From a virus, in IMG/VR virus record IMGVR_UViG_3300032287_003731, positions 1 to 64,000 of that record: a stretch of 64,000 nucleotides of DNA, one strand, 5' to 3'. The notes beneath the pieces were generated by a model. That model searched no databases and was not told the origin of the DNA. It saw nothing but the letters and a program-made list of their open reading frames with translations. Every line of letters begins with the position of its first letter. Positions within the stretch are counted from its first letter, which is position 1. Below are positions 35,631-46,310 of this stretch, one piece after another. A program made the translations under genes and the position numbers.

Positions 35631-36116
35631 TCAGAAGTTCAATACGCAGTAATCCATAGCGATTGTAACGGATAAGTTAATTGCGGCATCGTTAGCCCAA
35701 TCATACTCACCAAAGGTAGCTGTTTTAACATAAGCACCTTTAACAATCCACTCACCTACTACATCACCTACAGGACCTAAAATGTCTAATGTTAAGTCTT
35801 TCTTGTAGAAGTCAGAATAGCCATCACGACCAGTTACTGATTCGTGTGCTAAACGAGCCCATTCCATTACAGCTTGAGCACCAGAGGGAGTTACAGGATC
35901 ATATAAACTTAAAGTCATATCATTCCAACGTACTTTACCTTTTACTTTACGGTAAACGTTGATGTGATCTAATATAATTTCACCAGCTTCAAATCCAGGA
36001 GCAGAAGCAGCTTTAATCAAGTATGCGGGAATACCGTCAATATACATGATAAAGCGATTCTGAACTTTAGGTTCAAATGCTGTAAACATAATTTCATTTG
36101 CGTCTAATACAGGCAT
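35631..36116 (-). CDS. Tail tube protein (T4 gp19-like)
   Basis: FEPKVQNRF, W.DMTLSLYDP, YKKDLTL..LGPVGDVV.EW...GA; downstream of the sheath gene. Confidence 0.9.
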   Translation of the reverse strand: MPVLDANEIMFTAFEPKVQNRFIMYIDGIPAYLIKAASAPGFEAGEIILDHINVYRKVKGKVRWNDMTLSLYDPVTPSGAQAVMEWARLAHESVTGRDGYSDFYKKDLTLDILGPVGDVVGEWIVKGAYVKTATFGEYDWANDAAINLSVTIAMDYCVLNF

Positions 36117-36177
36117 GTTATTTAATTTTTAAATTATTCTGGGTATAAATATGTTAAATTATAAAAAACATATTATT

Positions 36178-36885
36178 TTAGATGTATTTCCATTGAAATC
36201 CATAGGCTGTTTTAGATACACCAATTAAACAACAACTAATGTTAGAATGTTTTTTTCCAATATATTTTGCAGCTTCTCCTATACTATTATGTTGTTTTAT
36301 TATATTACCTTCTTTATCTAGTTGTAATATAGGTTTATATTTTTTATTTAAATAAGATTGAGATTGTTTTTTACCTTTTTTAGCTTTACTTATCTTTTGT
36401 TTATGTTCATCTGTATATTTACGACCTGTTATTTTTTGTCGTATTATTTCACCAAATCCTTCTGGTTTTGGTTTACCTATATTAGCTTGTTTTAATTTTT
36501 CTTTACGTTTTTGATTATTACTTATTTTATTTTTAGTTTCTTGTGTTACTATTTTATTTTTATTTCCTTTTCTTATTTTATTAATAACATAATTATATTT
36601 ATCCTCATTTAAATCTTTATTATACCATCCAGATGTTTTACTTCTTATATTATAAAAACTTTTTGATTTAACAGCATTGAAATAATATATCCAGTATTCT
36701 TCACGTTCACCTAAATTTTCTTTAGTACAATATTCTAATATTTCTTTTTTGAAGTTTTCTTTACCATATTTTTTAATATCTTCTAAAAGTAAAGTACCAC
36801 TACCTAAATAATCAGGATCATTATGTGAATCTTTTCCTATATATTTTTTACCGTTTATTAAATTTTTTGTAATATACACTACCAT
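36178..36885 (-). mobile_element. Free-standing GIY-YIG homing endonuclease with NUMOD3 and C-terminal HTH-like domains
   Basis: VVYITKNLINGKKYIGK, YLGSG, KKYGKENF, EREEYWI, YN; YTDEHKQKISKAKKG; TAYGFQWKY. Confidence 0.9.
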
Positions 36886-36890
36886 AAAAA

Positions 36891-36925
36891 TATCCTCTTA
36901 CAATAATAAATATTGTAAGAGGATA
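36891..36925 (-). promoter_or_regulatory. 15-bp perfect hairpin containing the late motif and covering the endonuclease initiation region
   Basis: tatcctcttacaata-ataaa-tattgtaagaggata, ending 5 nt before the ATG. Confidence 0.8.
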
Positions 36926-36962
36926 AATTTTAATATTTTACTTAAGGAAGCTTAAAAGTAAA

Positions 36963-38681
36963 TTAAGCCCCAAAAGTTGCACCAGTTGGTTGAATGTTGA
37001 AATTCAATATAATGAATTCAGCAGTCTTAGTTGGTTGAATATAGATCTGACCTACTAATTGATTGCGATCTATTACATCAGGTGTGTTATTGGAATCATC
37101 CATTACTACCTTGTAAGCATATAAACCTTGACGTTGTACTACTGATTCGAGATATGGATTAACTTGAGCAAGGAATCTATTGCGAGTAACATTAGTATTT
37201 TGTTCGAATACTAAACTGTTTGATACTTGACCAATATAATCTTTTAAGGCAATTAATAAACGACGAACGTTTACACGATCAAGAGCGGTTTGTTTTTTCT
37301 GTAATGTTTTCTGACCATATACTACAACACCTTCACCAGGGAATGTAGCGAGTGGGTTAACATTACCTGAGTATAATGAATCACGATCCGCTTGAGATAA
37401 TCTCTTTTCGGCACGTAATACTGAAGGAACACCACCACGATTTAAACCAGCAGGAGCAAACCAGCTAGCAGCGACTTGATCATTGAAAGCATAAACACCA
37501 CCTATTACTGTTGATGGAGGCGCCCATACAGATTTACCTAAAGTGGAACTATATAATTGAACCCAAGGATAGTAAGTAGCAGCATAGTTACTTGATTGAA
37601 CAGCAGCAGCATTTACTGCTGAACTAATTGCAATTCCATAAATACCAGCATCTACAACAGCAATAGCATCACCTCTGTTTTCAACAGTTGAAATCATAGT
37701 TGAAACAGCACTGTTACTTAAGCCAACACCAGGAGCTAATAATACATTGAATTGATAAGCATCTGAGTTATTTAAGATACGGAATGCTGTGATATAGTCG
37801 TTAGCTGAAAATCCTTGAATATTACTTGTTGTAATAGTTTCATTCATTAATTGAGCAGTAGTAGTTGCCGCTACACCCCCAGCAAATGAACCACCAAATG
37901 AACCACTCCCTAATGCAGGTAGTGAGCCACTGTATTGAGTAGCTTTATAGCTACCGTTATTATCAATTGAATCTACCTGAGGTGTAGTTACTGATTTAAC
38001 ACGTATATATCTTGAAGCATTAGTGTATGAACCTGTAATATCAACTATATAATTACCATCACTATCAATTGCAAATACAGGTTTAATATCACCTATAACA
38101 CGAGAAATATAGTTAGGTAATACTGGGTCTAATGATAAGTTAGCCCATGTTTCTAAATAATTAGGTTGAGCAGTATTGTCATTACCTGCACGAACGGCTA
38201 AAGTAAATATACCACTACCTGTACTTACATTTGTTACTTCCCAGCGAACGTTGAGATTACTACCGCTTGCTAAAGCACCACTTACCATGCTAGAAGTATT
38301 ATTCATAATATCACCCCAAGCTAATGTTTCAATCACAAATGAAGAAACATCAACTACTCCAGGAACTGTAGCTTGTGAATAAGTACTAACACCAGCAGAG
38401 CCACTAATAATTCTAGTTACGAGTAATGTTTGACCACCATTCTGAAAGAAATCTTTAGCAGCTAATGATGTAAAGTATTCATAGTAGTAGCTACTACTTT
38501 TAAATGATTCACCAAATTTAGCTACATATTCACTGTATGAAGTAACATAAGTAGGAACAAAAGGTTGACCTAATACTGTAGGACCAACAAGTGCAGTAGC
38601 TGTTCCTTGAATGCCCTGCTGCACTAAAGACTGGTCAGTTTCATTTTGAAACACACCAGGCGAAATAATTTTTTCTGCCAT
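36963..38681 (-). CDS. Contractile tail sheath protein (T4 gp18-like)
   Basis: ISPGVF..E.D, YAATYYPW, WFAPAGLNRG, VNPLATFPG, GQKTLQ, DRVNVRRLL, PTKTAEFI. Confidence 0.95.
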   Translation of the reverse strand: MAEKIISPGVFQNETDQSLVQQGIQGTATALVGPTVLGQPFVPTYVTSYSEYVAKFGESFKSSSYYYEYFTSLAAKDFFQNGGQTLLVTRIISGSAGVSTYSQATVPGVVDVSSFVIETLAWGDIMNNTSSMVSGALASGSNLNVRWEVTNVSTGSGIFTLAVRAGNDNTAQPNYLETWANLSLDPVLPNYISRVIGDIKPVFAIDSDGNYIVDITGSYTNASRYIRVKSVTTPQVDSIDNNGSYKATQYSGSLPALGSGSFGGSFAGGVAATTTAQLMNETITTSNIQGFSANDYITAFRILNNSDAYQFNVLLAPGVGLSNSAVSTMISTVENRGDAIAVVDAGIYGIAISSAVNAAAVQSSNYAATYYPWVQLYSSTLGKSVWAPPSTVIGGVYAFNDQVAASWFAPAGLNRGGVPSVLRAEKRLSQADRDSLYSGNVNPLATFPGEGVVVYGQKTLQKKQTALDRVNVRRLLIALKDYIGQVSNSLVFEQNTNVTRNRFLAQVNPYLESVVQRQGLYAYKVVMDDSNNTPDVIDRNQLVGQIYIQPTKTAEFIILNFNIQPTGATFGA

Positions 38682-38763
38682 TTTATAATTGTTTTTTAAT
38701 AAATTTAATAGGATTGACCTACCGATAAATATCTAAAACTAATTATAAAACGCAGAGTTATTA

Positions 38764-39027
38764 CTAAGCAGGTGTAATTTCACCAGTTTCAGGATTTATA
38801 TTACCATTTCCGTATTTACTTACTAATTGATTTGTTAATTCTTTTTCTTTTTCTTCAATAGACGTTATGTCTTTAAGAAGATTTGCTTTTTCTTCTTCTA
38901 AAGAAACAACATATTTTTTATATGTTGATAATTGAATTTCAAGACTGCCTACCTCAAATGTAGTTTGATTATAACGTGCTTGAAGATCTTTAATTGATTG
39001 TAATTCTTCTTGTGTAAGTTGTGCCAT
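38764..39027 (-). CDS. Small coiled-coil protein
   Basis: Heptad pattern; C-terminal KYGNGNINPETGEI. Confidence 0.65.
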   Translation of the reverse strand: MAQLTQEELQSIKDLQARYNQTTFEVGSLEIQLSTYKKYVVSLEEEKANLLKDITSIEEKEKELTNQLVSKYGNGNINPETGEITPA

Positions 39028-39042
39028 GTACTTTATTTTATT

Positions 39043-39276
39043 TTATTTTTCCCATTTAGCTAATGGGCAAGCTTCATTTCCTGGTTTGGGGCTAAATATT
39101 TTTTTAGAGAGTGGACATCCACATTCACCACAATAATATAAGTCTATAGTTGAATTGTGAGATTTTTTATCACACCCATCACACACACTTGCTCTATACT
39201 CAGCTATTACTTTTTGTTCAGGTGTTGGGTCAGCAGCAGCAATCCATGCTTTTGCTATTTCAACTATTTTAAGCAT
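39043..39276 (-). CDS. Small Cys-rich metal-binding protein
   Basis: CDGC...CGECGC...CP..KW. Confidence 0.65.
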   Translation of the reverse strand: MLKIVEIAKAWIAAADPTPEQKVIAEYRASVCDGCDKKSHNSTIDLYYCGECGCPLSKKIFSPKPGNEACPLAKWEK

Positions 39277-39736
39277 TAGGTGCTTGAATTAATTTAAACA
39301 AAACAATATAATTAGTTTCTGTTGATATCTTTTCAAAGTCTTCTAATTGAAAAGCATGATGTTCTAATTCGCGATCTTCATTTAATAATGAATTAAAATC
39401 ATTTTGAAAACTAACATACGTTGGATTTACTTCACGAGAAACAACTTCTTTAGTGTCATCATCAACTACTTCGTTAATGTAAATAGGAATACTAATATTA
39501 CCTTGCTCATCAGTAGTACCGTATTTTTTAATAAGTTCTTCTCTTAATAAATTTACTGCTTCTTTTTCAGCAGTTACTTTTTTAGCTAAATCGTATAACC
39601 AGTATTTAGTTGGTACTGATATTTTTTCAGCGAGTAATCCTTTAACTAATACTTCACCGGTTTCGGAATTAGTAAATCCGTTTATTTCAACGTCAAGTTG
39701 AAAAAATTCTTGTAATTTTAAAACTGTTTTTATCAT
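39269..39736 (-). CDS. Hypothetical protein
   Basis: 155-aa ORF preceded by the late motif at 39757. Confidence 0.65.
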   Translation of the reverse strand: MIKTVLKLQEFFQLDVEINGFTNSETGEVLVKGLLAEKISVPTKYWLYDLAKKVTAEKEAVNLLREELIKKYGTTDEQGNISIPIYINEVVDDDTKEVVSREVNPTYVSFQNDFNSLLNEDRELEHHAFQLEDFEKISTETNYIVLFKLIQAPNA

Positions 39737-39827
39737 AAAATTTATTATTTGTGTATATAAATATATAAAAAATATAGAAAAATATAAATTTAATATTTTG
39801 TTTAAATTAAATCTTTAGTATTTGTTT

Positions 39828-40076
39828 TTATAAATTAAATTTTTTTATCCATTCTTCCGTTTCTAATATTTCACAAATAGTATAGTAGTCTACTATTTGT
39901 TTAGGTTCTGGTATGGATAGCACACTGCTTGGGATTTGCGGTGTGTCCCATTTCACAAAAGTTTTTGTTCTGTCTAAAGATTTTCTAGTTGTTTCTATAG
40001 AAGTTTCCAACACCTCCTCAAAATTAATTAAATTTAAATATTGAGATTGAAATATTAAAAATAACTCATTTTCCAT
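39828..40076 (-). CDS. Hypothetical fibre-associated protein
   Basis: Follows the LamG gene; RKSLD..KTFVKW. Confidence 0.6.
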   Translation of the reverse strand: MENELFLIFQSQYLNLINFEEVLETSIETTRKSLDRTKTFVKWDTPQIPSSVLSIPEPKQIVDYYTICEILETEEWIKKFNL

Positions 40077-40088
40077 TCTGCATTTTAT

Positions 40089-40799
40089 TTATAAATACCT
40101 AACTTTTGTAGCATTATAGTTTTGTAATACTTCTGTACTAGAAAGCACTCTACTATATATCATTACTTCAGATACATAGTTATTTCCGTAAGAAACGAAA
40201 GGCGGAGCGCTCTGACCTACTCCTAGTGCCGCTGTCGATCCTAAGCCAGTAGCTCCGGAAAGGTTTATTGGATTTAAAGCACTTCCATTTAAATAAATTT
40301 GACATCTATTAGAGGCTGCAAATCTATCATAAGTAGCTACCACATTTGTCCAGGCTCCTGTTATTAAAGAATTATTTGTGCTAGGACCAAAGCTATTGAT
40401 ACTATTTATCCACACAAAATACGTAGATGTGCTTCCCGCCCCTGTTCCGTAATAAAAAGCGCATGTGGCATTACCTATAGACAAAAAAGAGTTTAATCCA
40501 CCTCCCCAACTTCTTATGTACACCCACGTAGACCAAGTAAACACATCGCTTGCACTAGAACCTAAAGGTACACTTGAAAACGCAATGTAATCGTCTGTTC
40601 CGTCTAAAGCAAATGTACCTCCTTTTATAGTACTGTCGAAAGAAGCTCCGTTGGTTAAAGATCCTGTCTGTGAGCCAAACAAGTTTGTAACCGTGTTACC
40701 TACTCTAGGATAGGATAGTAGTTGAGCAGAATCCATCCAGAACGTTAATCCGTTTACTACTATTTTAGTTCCGCTATCTCTAATTCCTAATATACTCAT
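40089..40799 (-). CDS. LamG/concanavalin A-like lectin domain protein (putative receptor binding)
   Basis: GLTFWMD, LTNG, LDGTDDY, FTWSTWV, WTNVVATYD, IYLNG, IYSRVLS..EVLQNYNA. Confidence 0.85.
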   Translation of the reverse strand: MSILGIRDSGTKIVVNGLTFWMDSAQLLSYPRVGNTVTNLFGSQTGSLTNGASFDSTIKGGTFALDGTDDYIAFSSVPLGSSASDVFTWSTWVYIRSWGGGLNSFLSIGNATCAFYYGTGAGSTSTYFVWINSINSFGPSTNNSLITGAWTNVVATYDRFAASNRCQIYLNGSALNPINLSGATGLGSTAALGVGQSAPPFVSYGNNYVSEVMIYSRVLSSTEVLQNYNATKVRYL

Positions 40800-40803
40800 A
40801 ACA

Positions 40804-43800
40804 TTATGCGTTTATATTTCCAATTAAATACCATTCATTACCAGATATATTGATTAAAGTTGCTGCTCCATATCTCGTACCTATTCTATTCCAGCTATTA
40901 GCACTTCTAATAGTTACGCCTGATCCTGTTGCAAATAATATAGAGCCAGTACCGTATAATATAACATCAATATATGTACCATCTGCAAAATCAACAGATG
41001 ACGATGCAGGTATTGTTAAACTATGCGATACATTTGTACTTCCACTCACTTCTACAGTTTTACCAGCATCGGTTAATGCAAAAGTATAACTTCCTGTTAC
41101 TCTATTAAAGGTAACTGCGGTAGGTGCACTACCACCACCGCCACCTGGTGCCCAAGATGCAGATAGAGCTTGAGTAGCATAAGAGGCAGTCCCAAATAAA
41201 GACCCAGTAACACTTCCACTAATATTTAAACTACCAGTTATTGTATGTATATCAGAAATTATATTACCAATTCGTACACCAGTATTTGTTACTTGAAATT
41301 CTATTGAACTTCCTGTAATTACTGTTAAAGATCCTGTTACTGTTAGTGTAGAACCGTCAAACTGTAAATTAGCCTCTCCATTTAAAGTATTAGCTGTACC
41401 TGTTGCTGTTATAAGATAATTATCTGTGTTATTGTTTATAGTTACGCTACCTCCACCTCCTCCGGTTGCTACGGTAATTACATTACCGCTACTATCTACA
41501 GCTAAGTTTGCCACAGCTGTTCCGGGAAATGCTCCTGATCCCGTGTATTTGCTAAAACCAAGCTGACCGGAATGTAAACTAAGGTTAAAATATTCTGCGT
41601 CACTACTGGCATTAGTACCTCTCAGTATTCTAAATCTATTTTGATAATTATCAATCATAGATGCGGAGGTATAGGATCCTCCGGGAGCTTGAAGCAGTAT
41701 TTGTCCGCCTTCTCCAGTCCCTCCTGCAGGAGGAGGTCCTACAACTATAGTATTTTCAGTCGAGCCTAGGGATGAGGTTCCTATTGCTAAAGACCCTATT
41801 ACTACCGCACTGCCACTAATACCCAAACTACCTGTAATAGTATGAGCATCTGTTATTATATTTCCTATCTTAGTGCCTGTACTCGTTACTTGTAATTCTA
41901 CAGCGTTACTAGGACTTACGGTAAACGATCCTGATACTATAGCGCTACCGCTTACGTCTAGTTTTGCGTTAGGAGAGGTAGTTCCGATGCCTACATTTCC
42001 CGCTCCGCTAATCCTAAGTACCTCTGTACTTCCTCGTGTAATTGCAAATTCCCCTGCCGTTCGTACGCCATCTAAATACCAATTTCCTCCTTGGGTTTCT
42101 AGTGCAAGTCTAGTTCTAGCGCTACTCCCTGTATTTTGGTTTGATATGTTTATACCGGCAGCAGCATTTATATCTACTACAACACCTAATTTATCAGAAG
42201 GAGTAGTAGTTCCTATACCAACGTCGCCTGCGGATGTAATTCTCATCCGCTCAATATTATTCGTTCCTTCTGCCGTGAAAAAAGTTAGTGCAGCAGTTGG
42301 TATTGTTGAACGACCACCTACACCTATACGCCCCTCATTGCTGAACGAACCAGCATACACCGCAGTATTTGCATCTCCTCCGAAATATGCATAGTTGCTG
42401 CGGACGTTTAAGGTGCCGTTTACATCAAGGGTGTTGGTTGGGGTGGTGGTGTTTATACCTACATTGCCATCCCAAGTGATATTTAATCTTCTGCTTCCAT
42501 TTGTGTATAAGAACAAATCTCCTTGCCCAGAGGCAAAGTTTGTTCCGGTGAAACCCATACCATAACGAGAAGCTCTATCATTTGAGGACTCCCAAGAGAA
42601 TCCTATGGTTGCAAATTCGCCAATGGTACTAGTGTTGTAGTTAAGGTTTACACCGCCTCCGGTAGAAGTTAATGTAGTTCTGTTTGCATTATTAATGTCA
42701 AGCTTGTTGGCTGGGCTCACAGTTCCCACTCCCACATTACCACTAGCACTAACATATAAAGCATTAGCACCTGCGGTGCCTGCTCCATCCACTTCTAGCA
42801 CGCCTCCTGTTGAGGCGGATACGTGTAATTTTGTAGTCGGATTTGTAAGTCCCACCCCCACGTTACCTGTACTAGAAAAGATGTAGTTAGCATCATTACT
42901 ATTACCTGCTAGGAAATACAAAGGTATGGTAGTACCTATCGAACTTATATAGTTACTGGTTGGACCGCCACCTCCTGATAATAAAAGGCCGTAGCCAGAA
43001 TCTGTTATTTTAATTGTTCTATTTCCTGATGTACTAATGCTTCCTACCTGCAAATTACTGTCGGGTGCTGTGGTGCCTATACCTACATTTCCAGAAGCTT
43101 TAAATATAACTTGTTCTACGGCGTTGGGAAAGAATCTAATATCTCCGGAGGCTCCTGACGTTACTACTTTTATGTACGCGTTGTTGTTTTGAGCAATAAG
43201 CATATTATTTGTAGCACCGTCTGAAGTAATAGTTATTCCATCGGCATCTGCTGTATCTCCAATAATATACTTGTAGTTATTGGATATCTTGATATCTCCG
43301 GCTGTTACTCGTAGTTTTTTATCGGGACTTGTAGTACCTATACCGACATTACCATTCGTTCGTAAGATAGTCATTCTATCGGTCAAAGTCCCATCTCCTG
43401 TAGAAAAAACTAACCCCGAAATAGCAAAAGACTCAGCAGTAATTGCTGCTTGTTTTACCGTGCCCCCAGTGCTTAATATAATATGAGGAGTTGCTGTTGT
43501 TGGATTTGTTGTATATGCAATCTCTAACTTTGCTCCAGGACTATTAATACCTAAACCTACATTACCACTAGCACTAACATATAAAGCATTAGCACCTGCA
43601 GTGCCTGCTCCATCCACTTCTAGCACGCCTCCTGTTGAGGCTGTTACGTGCAATCTTGCAGTTGGACTTGTAAGTCCTATACCAACGTTTCCTAATTCAT
43701 TTATTGTCATCCTTGTTATAGGACTGTACAAACCTAATCCACTTGAATTATTCCATGGATTTGTTTTTATATATAATATACCTCCGGAAGTTCCTGAGCT

Positions 43801-46065
43801 TTGGTCAGATTGAATACTTGCTAATGCTTGGTTATTGTTACCTCCGTAATTGGTAGTTCCTACAGATATTTCGGAAGTTGTTGATCCGCCAGCATGTAGT
43901 ATTGTTTGAGGGGCTGTAGTCCCAATACCTACGTTTCCTGCTGAAGATATAACAGCTCTAACATTTTGATTACTTCCATCAACATCTGCAGTAACAAAAG
44001 ATATCCCGTTATTTGTTACCCCCGCTACTCCAGATCTAATAATAGCATGACCACCTTCGCTGTTTACTATACTAATCTGTGAAGTAGATGTTGATGCTGC
44101 ACCTAATACTGTAAATTTAGAATATGGTGAAGTAGTTCCTATACCTACATTAGTACCTCCTACCGACAATACACTGTTATTGACAGTTAAACTACCTGTT
44201 ACTCCTACCGATCCGGTAAATTGATGAGTATTACTTAACGTACTTCCAAATCGGGTAGAACCAGTTATGAAACTAACAGAAGATGTTACGGTCTGTACTA
44301 CTAAGGTTTGAGCTGTGATGGTGCCGGTAACAGTAAGTGAACCGGTAATGATTGCGTTGCCATTTACGTCGAGTTTGGCGTTGGGAGTGGTTGTGCCGAT
44401 ACCTACATTACCGTTATAATCAATGTATAATCTAGAAGCTAAAGTATTTCCAGTAGATCCAGTAGCAAGTTGTATATTTAAAGAACTACCTCTCGTTGTA
44501 TTAACCGAATCATCTCTAATCTGGTGTATAATTTTTCCTAAAGCTCTTTGAGTACTATCGTTATACGTGGATCCTCTAAATACAATAGATTGTCCAAACC
44601 CATCAAATTCTGTTTGAGCTGTATTTTCAGACTCTATAACTAATACGTCTAATGGAGTAGTTCTATCTGCCGTAGTAGTTCCAGCTAATCCTTTATATAC
44701 ATGCAATGAGGCAGTTGGAGAAGTAGTTCCTATACCTAGATTACCGCTACTCTGATACATAACACTACTGCTTAAGCTTGTAGCAGTATTCCAAAGAGGA
44801 ATGTAACTAGCACCTCCTCCTAATACATTAGAAGCAGTACTAGCAAATGAAGCAGTTCCGAGCAATGATCCTGTTATACTACCTGCTGCTATTGATCCAG
44901 ATAGTACTACTTCACCTGTAAATCTTGCAGAGCCGGATACGTCTAGGTTATATAGAGGCAGTGGTTGATTAATGCCTACTCTTCCGTTTCCTACAGACCC
45001 TGAAAAGGGATTTCCTACTATACTTGAGTAAGAGCCTGTACCAAATATAAACCCTCCTATGTTAATACTGTTTTGTCTACCATCTTCAAGAGTAATGTTC
45101 GTACCTATGATGATGTTATTAGATTTTACTCCAAAAGATCCTCCCTGTACGTTATATCCTGCTCTATATCCTAAAAACGTAGAGTAAGAAGCACTAGCTG
45201 CATACCACCCTGCGTAGCTTCCTATAAAATTAGAATTGTCTGCGTAAAAAGCTGCTTGTCCGGCTTCATACCCTATAAAATTAGAAGCACTGGCTTGGTT
45301 AGCCTGGTTTCCAGCTCTCAGACCTAAAAAGTTAGAGTTTTGAGCGTTTGATGCGGAATACCCGGCACTTCTTCCTAGAAAATTTGAACCGCTGGCATTT
45401 ATTGCTTGGTAGCCTGCACTTTCGCCTAAAAAATTCGAATGTAGAGCGTTAGTGGAGTTACGTCCAGACTCTGCTCCTAAAAAATTCGAGTACGAAGCAT
45501 TTGCAGCATCTCTACCTGCATTTTGTCCGAGGAAATTGGAGTAAGAGGCTCCAGGAGAAGTGTCCCCTGCGCTTCTCCCAAAAAAATTAGAGTAACTTGC
45601 GTTTGTAGAAAGGTATCCTGCAAATCTACCTAGGAAATTAGAGTATGTAGCGTTGGGGGCATTAAATCCGCTGTTCTGCCCTATGAACGTAGAAAAGGCT
45701 GCATTTGAGGAAGAGTATCCCGCGTTTGCTCCTAGAAAGTTGGAGTTGTTCGCAGAAGTGGCTTGAAATCCGGCTTGAAATCCTACGAAGTTTGAGTATG
45801 CTGCTGCTGTTGATCCGCTTCCAGCACTGCTACCTACTAACACTGAGAAGGTAGTTGAAAAATCTCCTACGTTTGTAGGAGTGTATACGGTAGATCCTGA
45901 AAGTGCTACAGGATACGAAGAGCTGATAGCATTCACCGTGTTGCTAGACCAAGAAGCGGTTCCGAACAGCGATGCTGTTACACCTTGGGTGACATTAAGT
46001 GAACCTGTAATTATTGAATTATTAAGGGCAATTATGCCGTTCCTTGCGACAAATTCGTTTGGCAT
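40804..46065 (-). CDS. Giant modular fibre/adhesin-like virion protein (1753 aa)
   Basis: Many 17-aa SNFLG..AG repeats, more than 10 GNVGIGTTxP repeats, THQFTGS module. Confidence 0.75.
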   Translation of the reverse strand: MPNEFVARNGIIALNNSIITGSLNVTQGVTASLFGTASWSSNTVNAISSSYPVALSGSTVYTPTNVGDFSTTFSVLVGSSAGSGSTAAAYSNFVGFQAGFQATSANNSNFLGANAGYSSSNAAFSTFIGQNSGFNAPNATYSNFLGRFAGYLSTNASYSNFFGRSAGDTSPGASYSNFLGQNAGRDAANASYSNFLGAESGRNSTNALHSNFLGESAGYQAINASGSNFLGRSAGYSASNAQNSNFLGLRAGNQANQASASNFIGYEAGQAAFYADNSNFIGSYAGWYAASASYSTFLGYRAGYNVQGGSFGVKSNNIIIGTNITLEDGRQNSINIGGFIFGTGSYSSIVGNPFSGSVGNGRVGINQPLPLYNLDVSGSARFTGEVVLSGSIAAGSITGSLLGTASFASTASNVLGGGASYIPLWNTATSLSSSVMYQSSGNLGIGTTSPTASLHVYKGLAGTTTADRTTPLDVLVIESENTAQTEFDGFGQSIVFRGSTYNDSTQRALGKIIHQIRDDSVNTTRGSSLNIQLATGSTGNTLASRLYIDYNGNVGIGTTTPNAKLDVNGNAIITGSLTVTGTITAQTLVVQTVTSSVSFITGSTRFGSTLSNTHQFTGSVGVTGSLTVNNSVLSVGGTNVGIGTTSPYSKFTVLGAASTSTSQISIVNSEGGHAIIRSGVAGVTNNGISFVTADVDGSNQNVRAVISSAGNVGIGTTAPQTILHAGGSTTSEISVGTTNYGGNNNQALASIQSDQSSGTSGGILYIKTNPWNNSSGLGLYSPITRMTINELGNVGIGLTSPTARLHVTASTGGVLEVDGAGTAGANALYVSASGNVGLGINSPGAKLEIAYTTNPTTATPHIILSTGGTVKQAAITAESFAISGLVFSTGDGTLTDRMTILRTNGNVGIGTTSPDKKLRVTAGDIKISNNYKYIIGDTADADGITITSDGATNNMLIAQNNNAYIKVVTSGASGDIRFFPNAVEQVIFKASGNVGIGTTAPDSNLQVGSISTSGNRTIKITDSGYGLLLSGGGGPTSNYISSIGTTIPLYFLAGNSNDANYIFSSTGNVGVGLTNPTTKLHVSASTGGVLEVDGAGTAGANALYVSASGNVGVGTVSPANKLDINNANRTTLTSTGGGVNLNYNTSTIGEFATIGFSWESSNDRASRYGMGFTGTNFASGQGDLFLYTNGSRRLNITWDGNVGINTTTPTNTLDVNGTLNVRSNYAYFGGDANTAVYAGSFSNEGRIGVGGRSTIPTAALTFFTAEGTNNIERMRITSAGDVGIGTTTPSDKLGVVVDINAAAGINISNQNTGSSARTRLALETQGGNWYLDGVRTAGEFAITRGSTEVLRISGAGNVGIGTTSPNAKLDVSGSAIVSGSFTVSPSNAVELQVTSTGTKIGNIITDAHTITGSLGISGSAVVIGSLAIGTSSLGSTENTIVVGPPPAGGTGEGGQILLQAPGGSYTSASMIDNYQNRFRILRGTNASSDAEYFNLSLHSGQLGFSKYTGSGAFPGTAVANLAVDSSGNVITVATGGGGGSVTINNNTDNYLITATGTANTLNGEANLQFDGSTLTVTGSLTVITGSSIEFQVTNTGVRIGNIISDIHTITGSLNISGSVTGSLFGTASYATQALSASWAPGGGGGSAPTAVTFNRVTGSYTFALTDAGKTVEVSGSTNVSHSLTIPASSSVDFADGTYIDVILYGTGSILFATGSGVTIRSANSWNRIGTRYGAATLINISGNEWYLIGNINA

Positions 46066-46075
46066 TATACTGGTT

Positions 46076-46097
46076 TCCTAGTTCACTTTCCCTAGGA
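46076..46097 (-). promoter_or_regulatory. 5'-UTR hairpin with GGAAAGUGAA loop
   Basis: Coding strand TCCTAG-GGAAAGTGAA-CTAGGA, between the late motif (46109) and the ATG (46065). Confidence 0.55.
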
Positions 46098-46115
46098 GGG
46101 GGTTTATAATAAATA

Positions 46116-46298
46116 TTATACAAATAAAGCAGCTGAGACACGGTAGAGTCTACCTGTTGGGTCTGCTGCTTGAAGTTCATCTGCTTTAGCTTGTGCTTCT
46201 GCTTCGTTATCGTATTCGTAAATGGGATCGTCTGGGTTTAGTTTGAGGACCCATATTTGTGGATTGCCTGGAATAAATTCCATTTCTACTTTAAACAT
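46116..46298 (-). CDS. Small hypothetical protein
   Basis: 60-aa ORF between two fibre genes. Confidence 0.6.
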   Translation of the reverse strand: MFKVEMEFIPGNPQIWVLKLNPDDPIYEYDNEAEAQAKADELQAADPTGRLYRVSAALFV

Positions 46299-46310
46299 AT
46301 TATTTTATTT

